Positions 63,861 through 64,000 of a DNA stretch of 64,000 nucleotides are shown here, piece by piece. Within the stretch, counting starts at the first letter, position 1. Each line of letters opens with the position of its first letter. The position numbers and the translations under genes are program-made. This stretch comes from Octopus vulgaris (Eukaryota): NCBI GenBank assembly GCA_951406725.2, contig OX597823.1, positions 38,006,001 to 38,070,000 on the forward strand. Direction: 5' to 3'. The notes under the pieces were generated by a model. That model did no database searches and was not told the DNA's origin. It saw nothing but the letters and a program-made list of their open reading frames with translations.

Positions 63861-64000
63861 TATTTACTATTGACAGCTACTTGTCCTTATCTTGTTTGTT
63901 GTTAACACGTTTCAGCTGATATAGCCTTCAGCCTTCATCTTAAGGAAATTTCGAACCTGGGTTCTCATTCCTAAGGTAATTTTTGATATTGCTGTTATTA

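Overview
Eukaryotic, AT-rich, repeat-dense genomic DNA. The repeat families (RTE LINEs with (GAT)n tails, several SINE families, TTAA-MITEs, (TA)n) look like an octopus/coleoid cephalopod genome; this is inferred from repeat recognition, not proven. The window is dominated by one minus-strand gene, a GON4L/Mute orthologue. I reconstructed 24 GT-AG coding exons (59989 down to the stop at 8647) with consistent phases, giving about 1521 aa. They include the conserved RTRSK/APDIT..MYD block, two PAH domains and the C-terminal Myb/SANT domain; the 5' end lies beyond the window. Introns and flanks carry nested and rearranged transposons: CR1-type LINE, two Gypsy lineages, RTE LINEs, Tc1, mariner, pogo/Tigger, piggyBac plus MITEs, hAT MITEs, a Helitron fragment and SINEs. 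The most notable observations are: a ~141-bp near-perfect fold-back plus templated sequence patchwork in the 13.3-kb intron; hammerhead-ribozyme-like motifs, one inside a 1.8-kb inverted-repeat-bounded element; a C4HC3 PHD-like finger inside the RTE reverse transcriptase; and a hairpin-unit tandem array in the RTE 3' UTR that superficially mimics CRISPR. I found no clearly new biological system; the findings are candidates for follow-up.
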